Source of the DNA: an uncultured virus (IMG/VR IMGVR_UViG_3300024269_000036)
Taxonomy: Duplodnaviria > Heunggongvirae > Uroviricota > Caudoviricetes
Length of the DNA: 64,000 nt
Reading direction: 5' to 3' (one strand)
IMG/VR virus record: IMGVR_UViG_3300024269_000036
Coordinates: 1-64,000 of that record
The translations under genes and the position numbers were made by a program. Position 1 is the first letter of the stretch. Every line of letters begins with the position of its first letter. This document shows positions 38,231 through 45,857 of the stretch, piece by piece. The notes below the pieces were generated by a model. It had not been told where the DNA came from, searched no databases, and worked only from the letters and a program-made list of their open reading frames with translations.

Positions 38231-39790
38231 ATGTCAAGTACACTTACTTATGTGGTCATTGGAATTGTGGCATTCCTTGTCCTTTTTATTTTTGCGTCTT
38301 ATGTTAAGACATCGCCACAGATTGCTTATATTATATCAGGACTTACTAAAAAGCCTAAAATTCTTATTGGTTCAGGTGGATTTAGGATTCCGTTCTTTCA
38401 GAAACTTGATAAGGTTTATACCGGACAGATTACAGTTGATGTAAAGACAACAACCCCTGTCCCAACCTCAGACTTCATCAATGTAGATGTGGATGCTGTG
38501 GCAAAGGTTAGAATTATGCCAACTGAAGATGGGATTAGGCTTGCAAGTGCGAACTTTCTTAATATGTCTCCTGAGATGATATCTCATCAGGTGAAGGATG
38601 TTCTTCAGGGTAATATGCGTGAGATTGTTGGAACACTCGACTTACGCGCCCTTAACACAGACCGTGATGGTTTCTCTAATCAGATTCAGAAGAAGGCTGC
38701 TGTTGATATGGAACGCCTGGGTATTGAAATTCTTTCATGTAATATTCAGTCAGTAACTGACCGTGAGGGGCTTATTGAGGCTCTCGGTGCTGATAATACA
38801 TGCAAGATTACTAAGGAGGCTGCCATTAATAAGGCACAGGCCACAAAGGATGTGAAGGTAGCAGAGGCTCAGGCTCTTCAGGAATCAAATGATGCACGTG
38901 TTGCGTCGGAGACGAAGATTGCTGAGAAAAACAATGAGCTTGCAATCAAGAAGTCAGAACTTAAGATTTCGGAAGACATCAAACGTGCTGAGGCTGATGC
39001 TGCATATGAAATTCAGAAGCAGGAACAGGCAAAGACCATTAAGGTGAAGACCGTTGAGGCACATGCTGCCGAGGCTCTTATTGAGGCTGAAAGACGCAAG
39101 GAAATCAATGCAAAGCAGGTTGAGGCGGAGGTTGAAAAGGCTGCCAAGACACAGGAATTGAAGGCTCAGGAAATTGCCATCATGCAGAAGACTCTTGAGG
39201 CGGAAGTAAATAAGAAGGCTGATGCTGATAAGTATCATAAGGAAGTTGCGGCTGCAGCAGAACTTGAACAGCGCAAGAGAAAGGCTGAAGCAGAGACATA
39301 TGAGGCTGAGCAGAGGGCAAAGGCTATGAGAGCGGAGGCTGAGGCACTTAAGTTTAAGATGGAACAGGAGGCTCTCGGTATCAAGGCTAAGGGTGAAGCT
39401 GAGGCTTATGCAATTCTTAAGAAGGGTGAGGCTGAGGCTGAAGCAATGAACAAGAAAGCCGACGCTTATCAGAAGTATAATGATGCTGCAATTGTTGAAA
39501 TGCTTGTTGGTATTCTTCCTGACATGGCCAAGAACGTTGCTGAACCAATCAAGTCAATTGATAATGTTACCATTTATGGTGGCGGTGATAATAATGGTGT
39601 CTCAGGCGTATCAGCAAATGTCCCAATGGTCATCAAACAGACATTTGATACGGTTTCCAATGCGACAGGCGTGGACCTTTCTAAGATTCTTGAGTCCCAC
39701 ACAATTAATGCTAAGACCGATAGAAATGTTTCGCTTAAGGGTGGACATGTTGAGGTTGAAGCAACGGGTAAACAGATTCTTCACGACTAA
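38231..39790 (+). CDS. Flotillin/SPFH (band 7) membrane protein
   Basis: N-terminal TM, SPFH domain (LQGNMREIVG...LGIEILSCNIQ), AEA-rich coiled coil, IDNVTIY. Confidence 0.9.
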   Translation: MSSTLTYVVIGIVAFLVLFIFASYVKTSPQIAYIISGLTKKPKILIGSGGFRIPFFQKLDKVYTGQITVDVKTTTPVPTSDFINVDVDAVAKVRIMPTEDGIRLASANFLNMSPEMISHQVKDVLQGNMREIVGTLDLRALNTDRDGFSNQIQKKAAVDMERLGIEILSCNIQSVTDREGLIEALGADNTCKITKEAAINKAQATKDVKVAEAQALQESNDARVASETKIAEKNNELAIKKSELKISEDIKRAEADAAYEIQKQEQAKTIKVKTVEAHAAEALIEAERRKEINAKQVEAEVEKAAKTQELKAQEIAIMQKTLEAEVNKKADADKYHKEVAAAAELEQRKRKAEAETYEAEQRAKAMRAEAEALKFKMEQEALGIKAKGEAEAYAILKKGEAEAEAMNKKADAYQKYNDAAIVEMLVGILPDMAKNVAEPIKSIDNVTIYGGGDNNGVSGVSANVPMVIKQTFDTVSNATGVDLSKILESHTINAKTDRNVSLKGGHVEVEATGKQILHD

Positions 39791-39809
39791 ATGTTGATAT
39801 AATAGAAGT

Positions 39810-39844
39810 AAACGGGATGTGTCTCACGACAGGTCCCGTTTTTT
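39810..39844 (+). repeat. 35-bp hairpin/terminator repeat, copy 1
   Basis: AAACGGGATGTGTCTCACGACAGGTCCCGTTTTTT, identical to 55361-55395. Confidence 0.85.
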
Positions 39845-39878
39845 ATATAAGTAGCAAAAAAAAGAATTTTTTTAGGTT

Positions 39879-39893
39879 TGGCATGGTTTTTGT
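39879..39893 (+). promoter_or_regulatory. Sigma54-like -24/-12 element overlapping a TATATTTG box
   Basis: TGGCATG-N4-TTGT. Confidence 0.45.
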
Positions 39894-39997
39894 ATATTTG
39901 CCCTGAGAATGTTAAATTATGATTTTATGACAGAACGTACTAAAACACATTTGAAATTAATCGGTTTGAGACTTTGGTTAATTCCTTATTTTTTCAT

Positions 39998-41375
39998 ATA
40001 AATTTATCGTAGGGAAACTCCATCCTTTAGGGTGGAGAGGAACTACGATTAAACCCTTTTTGGTTAAACATTATTTTCTTAATGTAAATATATAACTTTT
40101 AAAAAAAAATAAAACTTTTTAATTTATTATAATATTTATATATAGAAATCACATACGTGAATGCTATGATTGTACAAACCTATAACATACCTCTAATAAT
40201 GGATGATACCAATGCAACGCATTGGTACAATCTTCTTGTATGTGCAAGAGATGCGTACAATAGGTGTACACGTATTCTACATGATAACAAAATAACACTG
40301 TCACTTAAAAAAGTACACGAGGCGTGTTATAACGTAATTAGGACAGAGTTTCCTGCTTTATCTTCACAGATGGTAATCAAGTGCGAACAAGCAGCAGCGT
40401 CTGCTTTGAAATCAATTAAAGCAAACAAACATAAGAACGCTGAAGTACCACAGAGAAAATCATTAACAATGACCCTCGATAAACGCCTCTACGGAGTGCT
40501 TACATCTGAAGGAATAACCATTACTGGGGCACAGAAAAACAAACGTACTTTCGTACCTTTTAATGTCTATCCTAAGGCAAAAGAAATGCTTAGTACTTAT
40601 AAGGCATATGACCCTACAATATTCTATAGAAACGGGAATTTCTTCCTTTCAGTACCCTTCGAAGTACCTGAAAAACCATTACATTCTGAGGAGTGCATAG
40701 GTGTTGACCTCGGTGCAAGAATGATATTTGTTACCTCAGAGGGTAAGGCATTTAAAGATACAACATATCTTAAGAAGCGTAGGGACATCCGTTATCTTAA
40801 GCGTAAACTACAAGAGAAAGGTACCAAATCAGCAAAGCGCCACCTTAAGAAAGTTCGCAACAAGGAACGCAACCTCTCTAAGGACATGTGTTATCGTGCA
40901 AGTAAAGTACTCATTAATAGTACAAATGCTTCCATCATTGTGATGGAAGACCTCACAAAGATTAAAAAGAAAACTTCACGTACCAGTGAGGGGTACAAGA
41001 GAGCGAAGCATAACAATGCTTTATCTCAGATTCCATTTTATGAATTTAAACGTATATTGACTTACAAGGCACCACTTGCGGGCAAGCAGGTGGAAACAGT
41101 TTCTCCGATGTATACAAGTCAGATGGATTGTCGCACCAATAATCGTGATGGAGAGCGCCGTGGTCGCAGATATATCTGCGTTGACGGAGTTGTCTTTGAC
41201 TCAGATTGGAATGCTGCGATTAATATCGGACAAAGGTCCAACCACCCTGTATCGAGTTTTTTACCAATTGAAGGTCAATTGGTTATCCTTACAGGCAGGG
41301 AGCAGTCAACCTCCCAATCGACATGCCTCTAACGAGGCAGTGTCAAGCACCCTCCTTTAGGTGGGTGTAGTTGAC
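39998..41375 (+). mobile_element. IS200/IS605-family element lacking tnpA (IS1341-like)
   Basis: Left hairpin CTCCATCC-TTTA-GGGTGGAG (40018-40037); right hairpin CACCCTCC-TTTA-GGTGGGTG (41348-41367); ends in TGAC; follows TTCAT. Confidence 0.8.
40166..41332 (+). CDS. tnpB: RNA-guided endonuclease TnpB
   Basis: RuvC-I IGVDLG, RuvC-II VMEDL, YTSQ, RuvC-III DSDWNAAINI; start may be GTG 40157 or ATG 40166. Confidence 0.92.
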   Translation: MIVQTYNIPLIMDDTNATHWYNLLVCARDAYNRCTRILHDNKITLSLKKVHEACYNVIRTEFPALSSQMVIKCEQAAASALKSIKANKHKNAEVPQRKSLTMTLDKRLYGVLTSEGITITGAQKNKRTFVPFNVYPKAKEMLSTYKAYDPTIFYRNGNFFLSVPFEVPEKPLHSEECIGVDLGARMIFVTSEGKAFKDTTYLKKRRDIRYLKRKLQEKGTKSAKRHLKKVRNKERNLSKDMCYRASKVLINSTNASIIVMEDLTKIKKKTSRTSEGYKRAKHNNALSQIPFYEFKRILTYKAPLAGKQVETVSPMYTSQMDCRTNNRDGERRGRRYICVDGVVFDSDWNAAINIGQRSNHPVSSFLPIEGQLVILTGREQSTSQSTCL

Positions 41376-41395
41376 TGCAATGGAATAACCATGAT
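41200..41395 (+). ncRNA. Predicted TnpB omegaRNA (reRNA); boundaries approximate
   Basis: Inferred from family architecture: overlaps the tnpB 3' end and right end, with guide from the flank (TGCAATGGAATAACC...). Confidence 0.45.
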
Positions 41396-41600
41396 TTTGG
41401 GTATTTTTATCTTTTTTACAACAATTGTTCTTGGAGGACCATTGTGGATAATTAATGGAAATCCTTTTTCTTGGATGGATTGGTTTCCTGATAATTTGGA
41501 TATTCCTACATTATTCGAATGGGATGATTTTAGGGAAGATGTTGCTGATAAGCAAAGAAAGTTTGACAAAGGTGAAAATATTTTTGGGGACTAATTACTT

Positions 41601-41616
41601 TGGCACGGTATTTGCA
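41601..41616 (+). promoter_or_regulatory. Sigma54 (-24/-12) promoter consensus
   Basis: TGGCACG-GTAT-TTGCA, an exact consensus match 32 nt before an ATG. Confidence 0.65.
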
Positions 41617-41648
41617 GTAAGATAAGAAAACTTTTAAATAAAAACTTT

Positions 41649-42404
41649 ATGAGAATTAATGAATTGATTTTAAACAGACAGAGAAGTTTTGACCTTGATG
41701 ATACCCTTCTTTGGAAGAAATCTGCAGAGAAACAGGAATGTTTTGTTAGGGATAGTATATGTACTAATCTCTTGAAAACTCCTTGTTTTGTCGTATCATC
41801 ACATATGAGCAAGAGTTGCTTACTTCCCGTATATATGTTTAGACTTAATAATGGTATTACTGTAATTTGTCGAGACAATTTTCATGGGTGGGTTGTAACT
41901 GTTAAGACCCCGGGAGACGCATTCATAGTAAGTCTTCCTAAGGACCTTGTATATGGCGATTTATATAGTACTAATAATGATATCAGTCCTTTATATTGTG
42001 AGGGGTTCATAGAAAAATGGGTTTTCCCTTATAATAATGCTTATGGTCATGAGATGACAGTGAATGTGCGTGACGATTTTTCATTTTGGGCGTTGATGAG
42101 GGAACTAAATAAATATGATTTCGGATGGAGGCCTCACGTTGGGTTGCCACAGAATAGTGAATGTATTGCTGATGCCCTGTCTTACGCTAAATCAGTGAAT
42201 AAAGAAATGCGTCTTTATGAAATTTTCAGTCAGACATATCGTGCAACTGAAGACCAAATGGGTTGGTGTTCGGCTTATGATGTTTGGGCTGATGAGGGTC
42301 AAATCATTGAACTCCTGATTAAAGACAATGGACTTTTCAGTGTTTTTGGGAGAGAATGGGACACGTTCCAATATGGTACGAATTTTGAAAATTTTGATGA
42401 GTAA
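41649..42404 (+). CDS. Hypothetical protein
   Basis: 251-aa ORF. Confidence 0.7.
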   Translation: MRINELILNRQRSFDLDDTLLWKKSAEKQECFVRDSICTNLLKTPCFVVSSHMSKSCLLPVYMFRLNNGITVICRDNFHGWVVTVKTPGDAFIVSLPKDLVYGDLYSTNNDISPLYCEGFIEKWVFPYNNAYGHEMTVNVRDDFSFWALMRELNKYDFGWRPHVGLPQNSECIADALSYAKSVNKEMRLYEIFSQTYRATEDQMGWCSAYDVWADEGQIIELLIKDNGLFSVFGREWDTFQYGTNFENFDE

Positions 42405-42670
42405 TGGATAAACGAGAATACAGAACTCCTGAGAGGTTTAAAGCTGCATTGAAATCAATTAAAAGTTATAATACGGGCCTTGGTTTGGATATGAGAAAAT
42501 TCAGCAAAAATGAAATGATGGATGAGTTTTGCAAGGGTGCTGTATATGGTGAGGAAAGGGCTTTTGAATGGTTTAAGGATTTTGCTCTTGATTATATATC
42601 CGGGGATGTTACTGATGTTAGGTTTGGATTAATGTACGATGATTATAAAAAAGCAATGGGGTATGAATAA
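42404..42670 (+). CDS. Hypothetical protein
   Basis: 88 aa, TAATG overlap. Confidence 0.65.
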   Translation: MDKREYRTPERFKAALKSIKSYNTGLGLDMRKFSKNEMMDEFCKGAVYGEERAFEWFKDFALDYISGDVTDVRFGLMYDDYKKAMGYE

Positions 42671-42839
42671 AGAAGAAAAAAGAAAAATGTTTAAGCCTAA
42701 GCCTCATGCAGTATATGAGAATGGAATATGTATAGGAGTTTTCGAGTCACATAAGGTTGCTAAGGCGGTAAAACACAAATTAATGGTCGAATCTTATCAA
42801 GATATGCTTGATTTGAATTACGAAGTTAAACCTGTATAA
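42663..42839 (+). CDS. Hypothetical protein
   Basis: Likely start MNKEEK. Confidence 0.55.
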   Translation: MNKEEKRKMFKPKPHAVYENGICIGVFESHKVAKAVKHKLMVESYQDMLDLNYEVKPV

Positions 42840-42851
42840 ATAGTAAAAGAT

Positions 42852-43166
42852 ATGGCATGTAAAGGATGTAATTGTTCTGGTGGATGTGTTCATCAACAGA
42901 TTAGGTCTCTTATGAAAAGATGCGAAGAAACTGATTCGAACGGAAAAGTTTTTATGGTGTGGAACGAGTTTCTTGGCTATGAACATTATTGTGACCTTTA
43001 CCCTGAAAGATATAAAAAGTTTTCGGAAGAAAATGGTTCAAAATTGAGTACTTGGGTCATGGATAACGTTGTTATGGATTGTTATGAGCCCAATGAAATT
43101 CAAAAGAGTCTGAATGAAATGACTGAACTCGCTAAAGATATTTTAGATTCGATTAAAGAAAAATAA
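42852..43166 (+). CDS. Hypothetical protein with Cys-rich N-terminus
   Basis: MACKGCNCSGGC. Confidence 0.65.
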   Translation: MACKGCNCSGGCVHQQIRSLMKRCEETDSNGKVFMVWNEFLGYEHYCDLYPERYKKFSEENGSKLSTWVMDNVVMDCYEPNEIQKSLNEMTELAKDILDSIKEK

Positions 43167-43167
43167 T

Positions 43168-43638
43168 ATGTTGTCTAATAAAGATTTTTGTTCAAAAGAT
43201 TGTAGTTTAAACCTTAAGAAATTGGGTTTCAATGAAAGAACATTTGGATACTATACCCGTCAAGGTGAAGAACTCATAAGAATTTCTTCTCAGTTTAGGG
43301 GTTCATATGCTGAAGATTGTTCTTTTTCTCATAATTCATTGCCTGATGATTGTCTTGGATACGACAATATTGATGCTCCGACTCATTATGATGCTCAGAG
43401 GTGGTTGAGGGAGGCGTTTAATATTGATGTGGAGGTTTCAAATATGCCTTCATTGAAGAGGTATTGTTTTATTGTAGCGGATGAAATTTCCATACTTATT
43501 GACTCTGATGCATGGGATATGCTTTATCACACTTATGAAACCGCATTGAATGAGGGGATTCTATGGGCGACCAAAGAACTTTTGGAAAAGAAATATAAAA
43601 TAGAAAAACAGGAAGAAGATGACAAAGAAGGAATTTGA
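43168..43638 (+). CDS. Hypothetical phage protein
   Basis: LKKLGF...APT....QRWLRE...TYE.AL.EGI. Confidence 0.7.
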   Translation: MLSNKDFCSKDCSLNLKKLGFNERTFGYYTRQGEELIRISSQFRGSYAEDCSFSHNSLPDDCLGYDNIDAPTHYDAQRWLREAFNIDVEVSNMPSLKRYCFIVADEISILIDSDAWDMLYHTYETALNEGILWATKELLEKKYKIEKQEEDDKEGI

Positions 43639-43945
43639 AAATAGGATGGCTGATATTGACTTGAAAATACATGAGTTAAAGTCCAAGAAGGAAATCATTA
43701 AAAAGGAATATGCAGATAGTATTGGCGGACAATATGACCATCTTATTGGTAAATGGGTAAAAGTGACATATCGTAACTACACGGTGGAAAGGAGTTTGGT
43801 TGGCTTTTGGAAAGGTGTTAGTATTCAAGCGGGCTCACTAATAATGGTTGAGGTATATAAAGCAAAGAAAGACAATACACAATCATCCCGCACTGATTAT
43901 GATTATTTTACTGAATTGGTTTCCGTAGTTGAAATCGAACACTAA
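43619..43945 (+). CDS. Hypothetical protein
   Basis: 108-aa ORF. Confidence 0.65.
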   Translation: MTKKEFENRMADIDLKIHELKSKKEIIKKEYADSIGGQYDHLIGKWVKVTYRNYTVERSLVGFWKGVSIQAGSLIMVEVYKAKKDNTQSSRTDYDYFTELVSVVEIEH

Positions 43946-44008
43946 TATTTTTGGTATTTTCAAAAACAATCAATATATTTGTATTTACTAATTTAAAAGA
44001 AAAATTTT

Positions 44009-44359
44009 ATGAGAAAGAAGAATGCTAAGACCAATACTTCCTATGAGAAGTATCAGTTGCGTGGAGCAATTAAGGAAATTATGAGAAATTATGGGCTCAG
44101 AACCATTTCGCTTGCAAACTATAATAAATGGTTGGGAAATACCACTGTAGAAGGGGTTCACTCTGTGAGATATGATATCATGAATGGCTATATCCACATG
44201 CATGAGTTCAATTCTAATGGTAAGGTGGGAATGCCTTATGATTCTGTTGGGGTGGATGTTTATCAGAAGGTATATGACACAATTCTTAACATCCTTAAGA
44301 CTGAGAATGAGATTCCAAGCAAGGTTAAGAGAAATATTCTTGTAAAGGTTAACAGATAA
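44009..44359 (+). CDS. Hypothetical basic protein
   Basis: 116 aa downstream of a sigmaA-type promoter (43950-43981). Confidence 0.65.
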   Translation: MRKKNAKTNTSYEKYQLRGAIKEIMRNYGLRTISLANYNKWLGNTTVEGVHSVRYDIMNGYIHMHEFNSNGKVGMPYDSVGVDVYQKVYDTILNILKTENEIPSKVKRNILVKVNR

Positions 44360-44366
44360 ATAACAT

Positions 44367-45095
44367 ATGATTAGCAAGCGGATAATCAAGAAATGGAATG
44401 AGAAAAGAGGGGTGATTGAGAATTTTTCTTATGGAAACCCTCTTTCCATTGCGATTCATGAAAAACGAAATTTCTTGGAGGAAGGCCTAATTAGAACCTA
44501 TCCAATAGAGAAAACGAGAAAATATATCATTGATTTATATGATTTTGATGATAGTCAGATAGAGGTTTTCAGTAATAACAAAGTTGAAAAACTTCGTGTA
44601 ATCATACCTAACAATGAGAACATCATTGACAAAGTGAAGAAAGCAATGGATTTATGTGGCTATTTTTGTTCTGTTGAAAATGATTATCCGTATATTGATA
44701 ATTGGGTATATCTTAACTTTGAACCTAAAAATCAGGATGATGTAAACAAGTATGTAAGGAGTATGGATAGAATATATCATGTTACCTCCGAAAAGAACGT
44801 TGAAAAGATTAGTAAAATAGGTTTATCACCGAGATTTAAAAACCCACTATTCTCTTATCCTGAACGAGTGTACCTATTTGTTGAAGATACACCTCCTGAT
44901 GATATATACAGCCTTACAAAACAACTTAAAACCGTAAAACAGGACGAGGATAAGCATTGTTTGTTAATAATTGATGTAAGTAAGATTCCTGAAAACATTG
45001 ATTTCTATCTTGACCCCAATTATAGTTATGGAGTTTATACCAAAGATAATATCCCACCATCTGCAATTTTAGAAATTTATGAAATGATAATATAG
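44367..45095 (+). CDS. Protein with C-terminal ADP-ribosyltransferase/KptA-like domain
   Basis: IYHVT..KN...I...GL.P...RVYL...L.ID...YT.DNIPP.AI. Confidence 0.55.
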   Translation: MISKRIIKKWNEKRGVIENFSYGNPLSIAIHEKRNFLEEGLIRTYPIEKTRKYIIDLYDFDDSQIEVFSNNKVEKLRVIIPNNENIIDKVKKAMDLCGYFCSVENDYPYIDNWVYLNFEPKNQDDVNKYVRSMDRIYHVTSEKNVEKISKIGLSPRFKNPLFSYPERVYLFVEDTPPDDIYSLTKQLKTVKQDEDKHCLLIIDVSKIPENIDFYLDPNYSYGVYTKDNIPPSAILEIYEMII

Positions 45096-45097
45096 TT

Positions 45098-45112
45098 TGG
45101 CACGTTTTTTGT
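45098..45112 (+). promoter_or_regulatory. Sigma54-like -24/-12 element
   Basis: TGGCACG-TTTT-TTGT. Confidence 0.5.
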
Positions 45113-45158
45113 CGTAACTTAAATTATAATTTTAAAACACTATTTTATATGTACAATA

Positions 45159-45725
45159 TTGGTGATAAGATTACAAAGAAGATTGACAAACGGTTTAAAT
45201 GCCCTTGAACGTATAATGGGAAAAATAGAGTTAAAAAAACCCGTGTTTTCCAATTATAATTCAAATGTGCGTCTCTTTCAAGAGGATGCTAATGTCTTGG
45301 TAAAACATCTTAAAGGGCTTGATATAACTTATATAGACCCACCATATAATCAACATCCATATGGTTCTAATTATTTCATGCTTAATACTATTATAAAGAA
45401 TGAAATAGGTTCTAACATTAGTAAAGTCGCGGGAATACCTGATGATTGGAACAAATCGTCTTATAATAAGAAAAATGACGCCCTAAAAACATTTGAAGAA
45501 CTTGTTAGTGATATTGATTCAAAATATTTGATTATATCATATAACAATGAAGGGTTTATTTCTTATGAGGAAATGGTAGAAATGCTTTCTAAATATGGGG
45601 AATTAAAAGTTAAAAATATTGATTACGTTGCGTTTAGAGGCAGCAGAAACCTTAGAGAACGAGATATTCATACAACTGAATATTTGTTTATATTAAAAAA
45701 ACACCTGAATAAAGAGTTTGAATAA
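45159..45725 (+). pseudogene. N-terminally truncated adenine DNA methyltransferase (FokI/D12-like)
   Basis: YIDPPYNQHPYGSNY and IISYNNEG present; no SAM-binding motif I; the natural ATG at 45149 is in another frame. Confidence 0.65.
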
Positions 45726-45736
45726 GACTCTTTATT

Positions 45737-45768
45737 TTTGTTTTATTCAAACCTTATTTCTATATTTG
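45737..45768 (+). promoter_or_regulatory. SigmaA-type promoter of polB N-half
   Basis: TTTG-N20-TATATTTG. Confidence 0.7.
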
Positions 45769-45857
45769 CACATATATTATTATATGGTGGTAAATGATAC
45801 CATAGTGATTATGGTTTAACCTTACCAAAAATAACAATTAAATATAATTTAAAATTT

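Larger units (their letters stand above)
39927..41594 (+). pseudogene. Small membrane-protein gene interrupted by an IS element
   Basis: 5' part MTERTKTHLKLIGLRLWLIPYFF (39927-39997); 3' part ...GITMILGIFIFFTTIVLGG... (41376-41594). Confidence 0.6.

Noticed and set aside
39998..40165. IStron (group I intron fused to the IS)
   Set aside because: The left region is only about 170 nt and very AT-rich, too short for a group I core.
39810..41400. CRISPR array or Cas12 system near tnpB
   Set aside because: No regularly spaced repeats; the protein size and flanking hairpins match an IS200/IS605 TnpB.
45783..45804. Small hairpin in the polB leader as an autoregulatory operator
   Set aside because: A 6-bp AT-rich stem (TATGGT/ACCATA) is too weak to support a claim.
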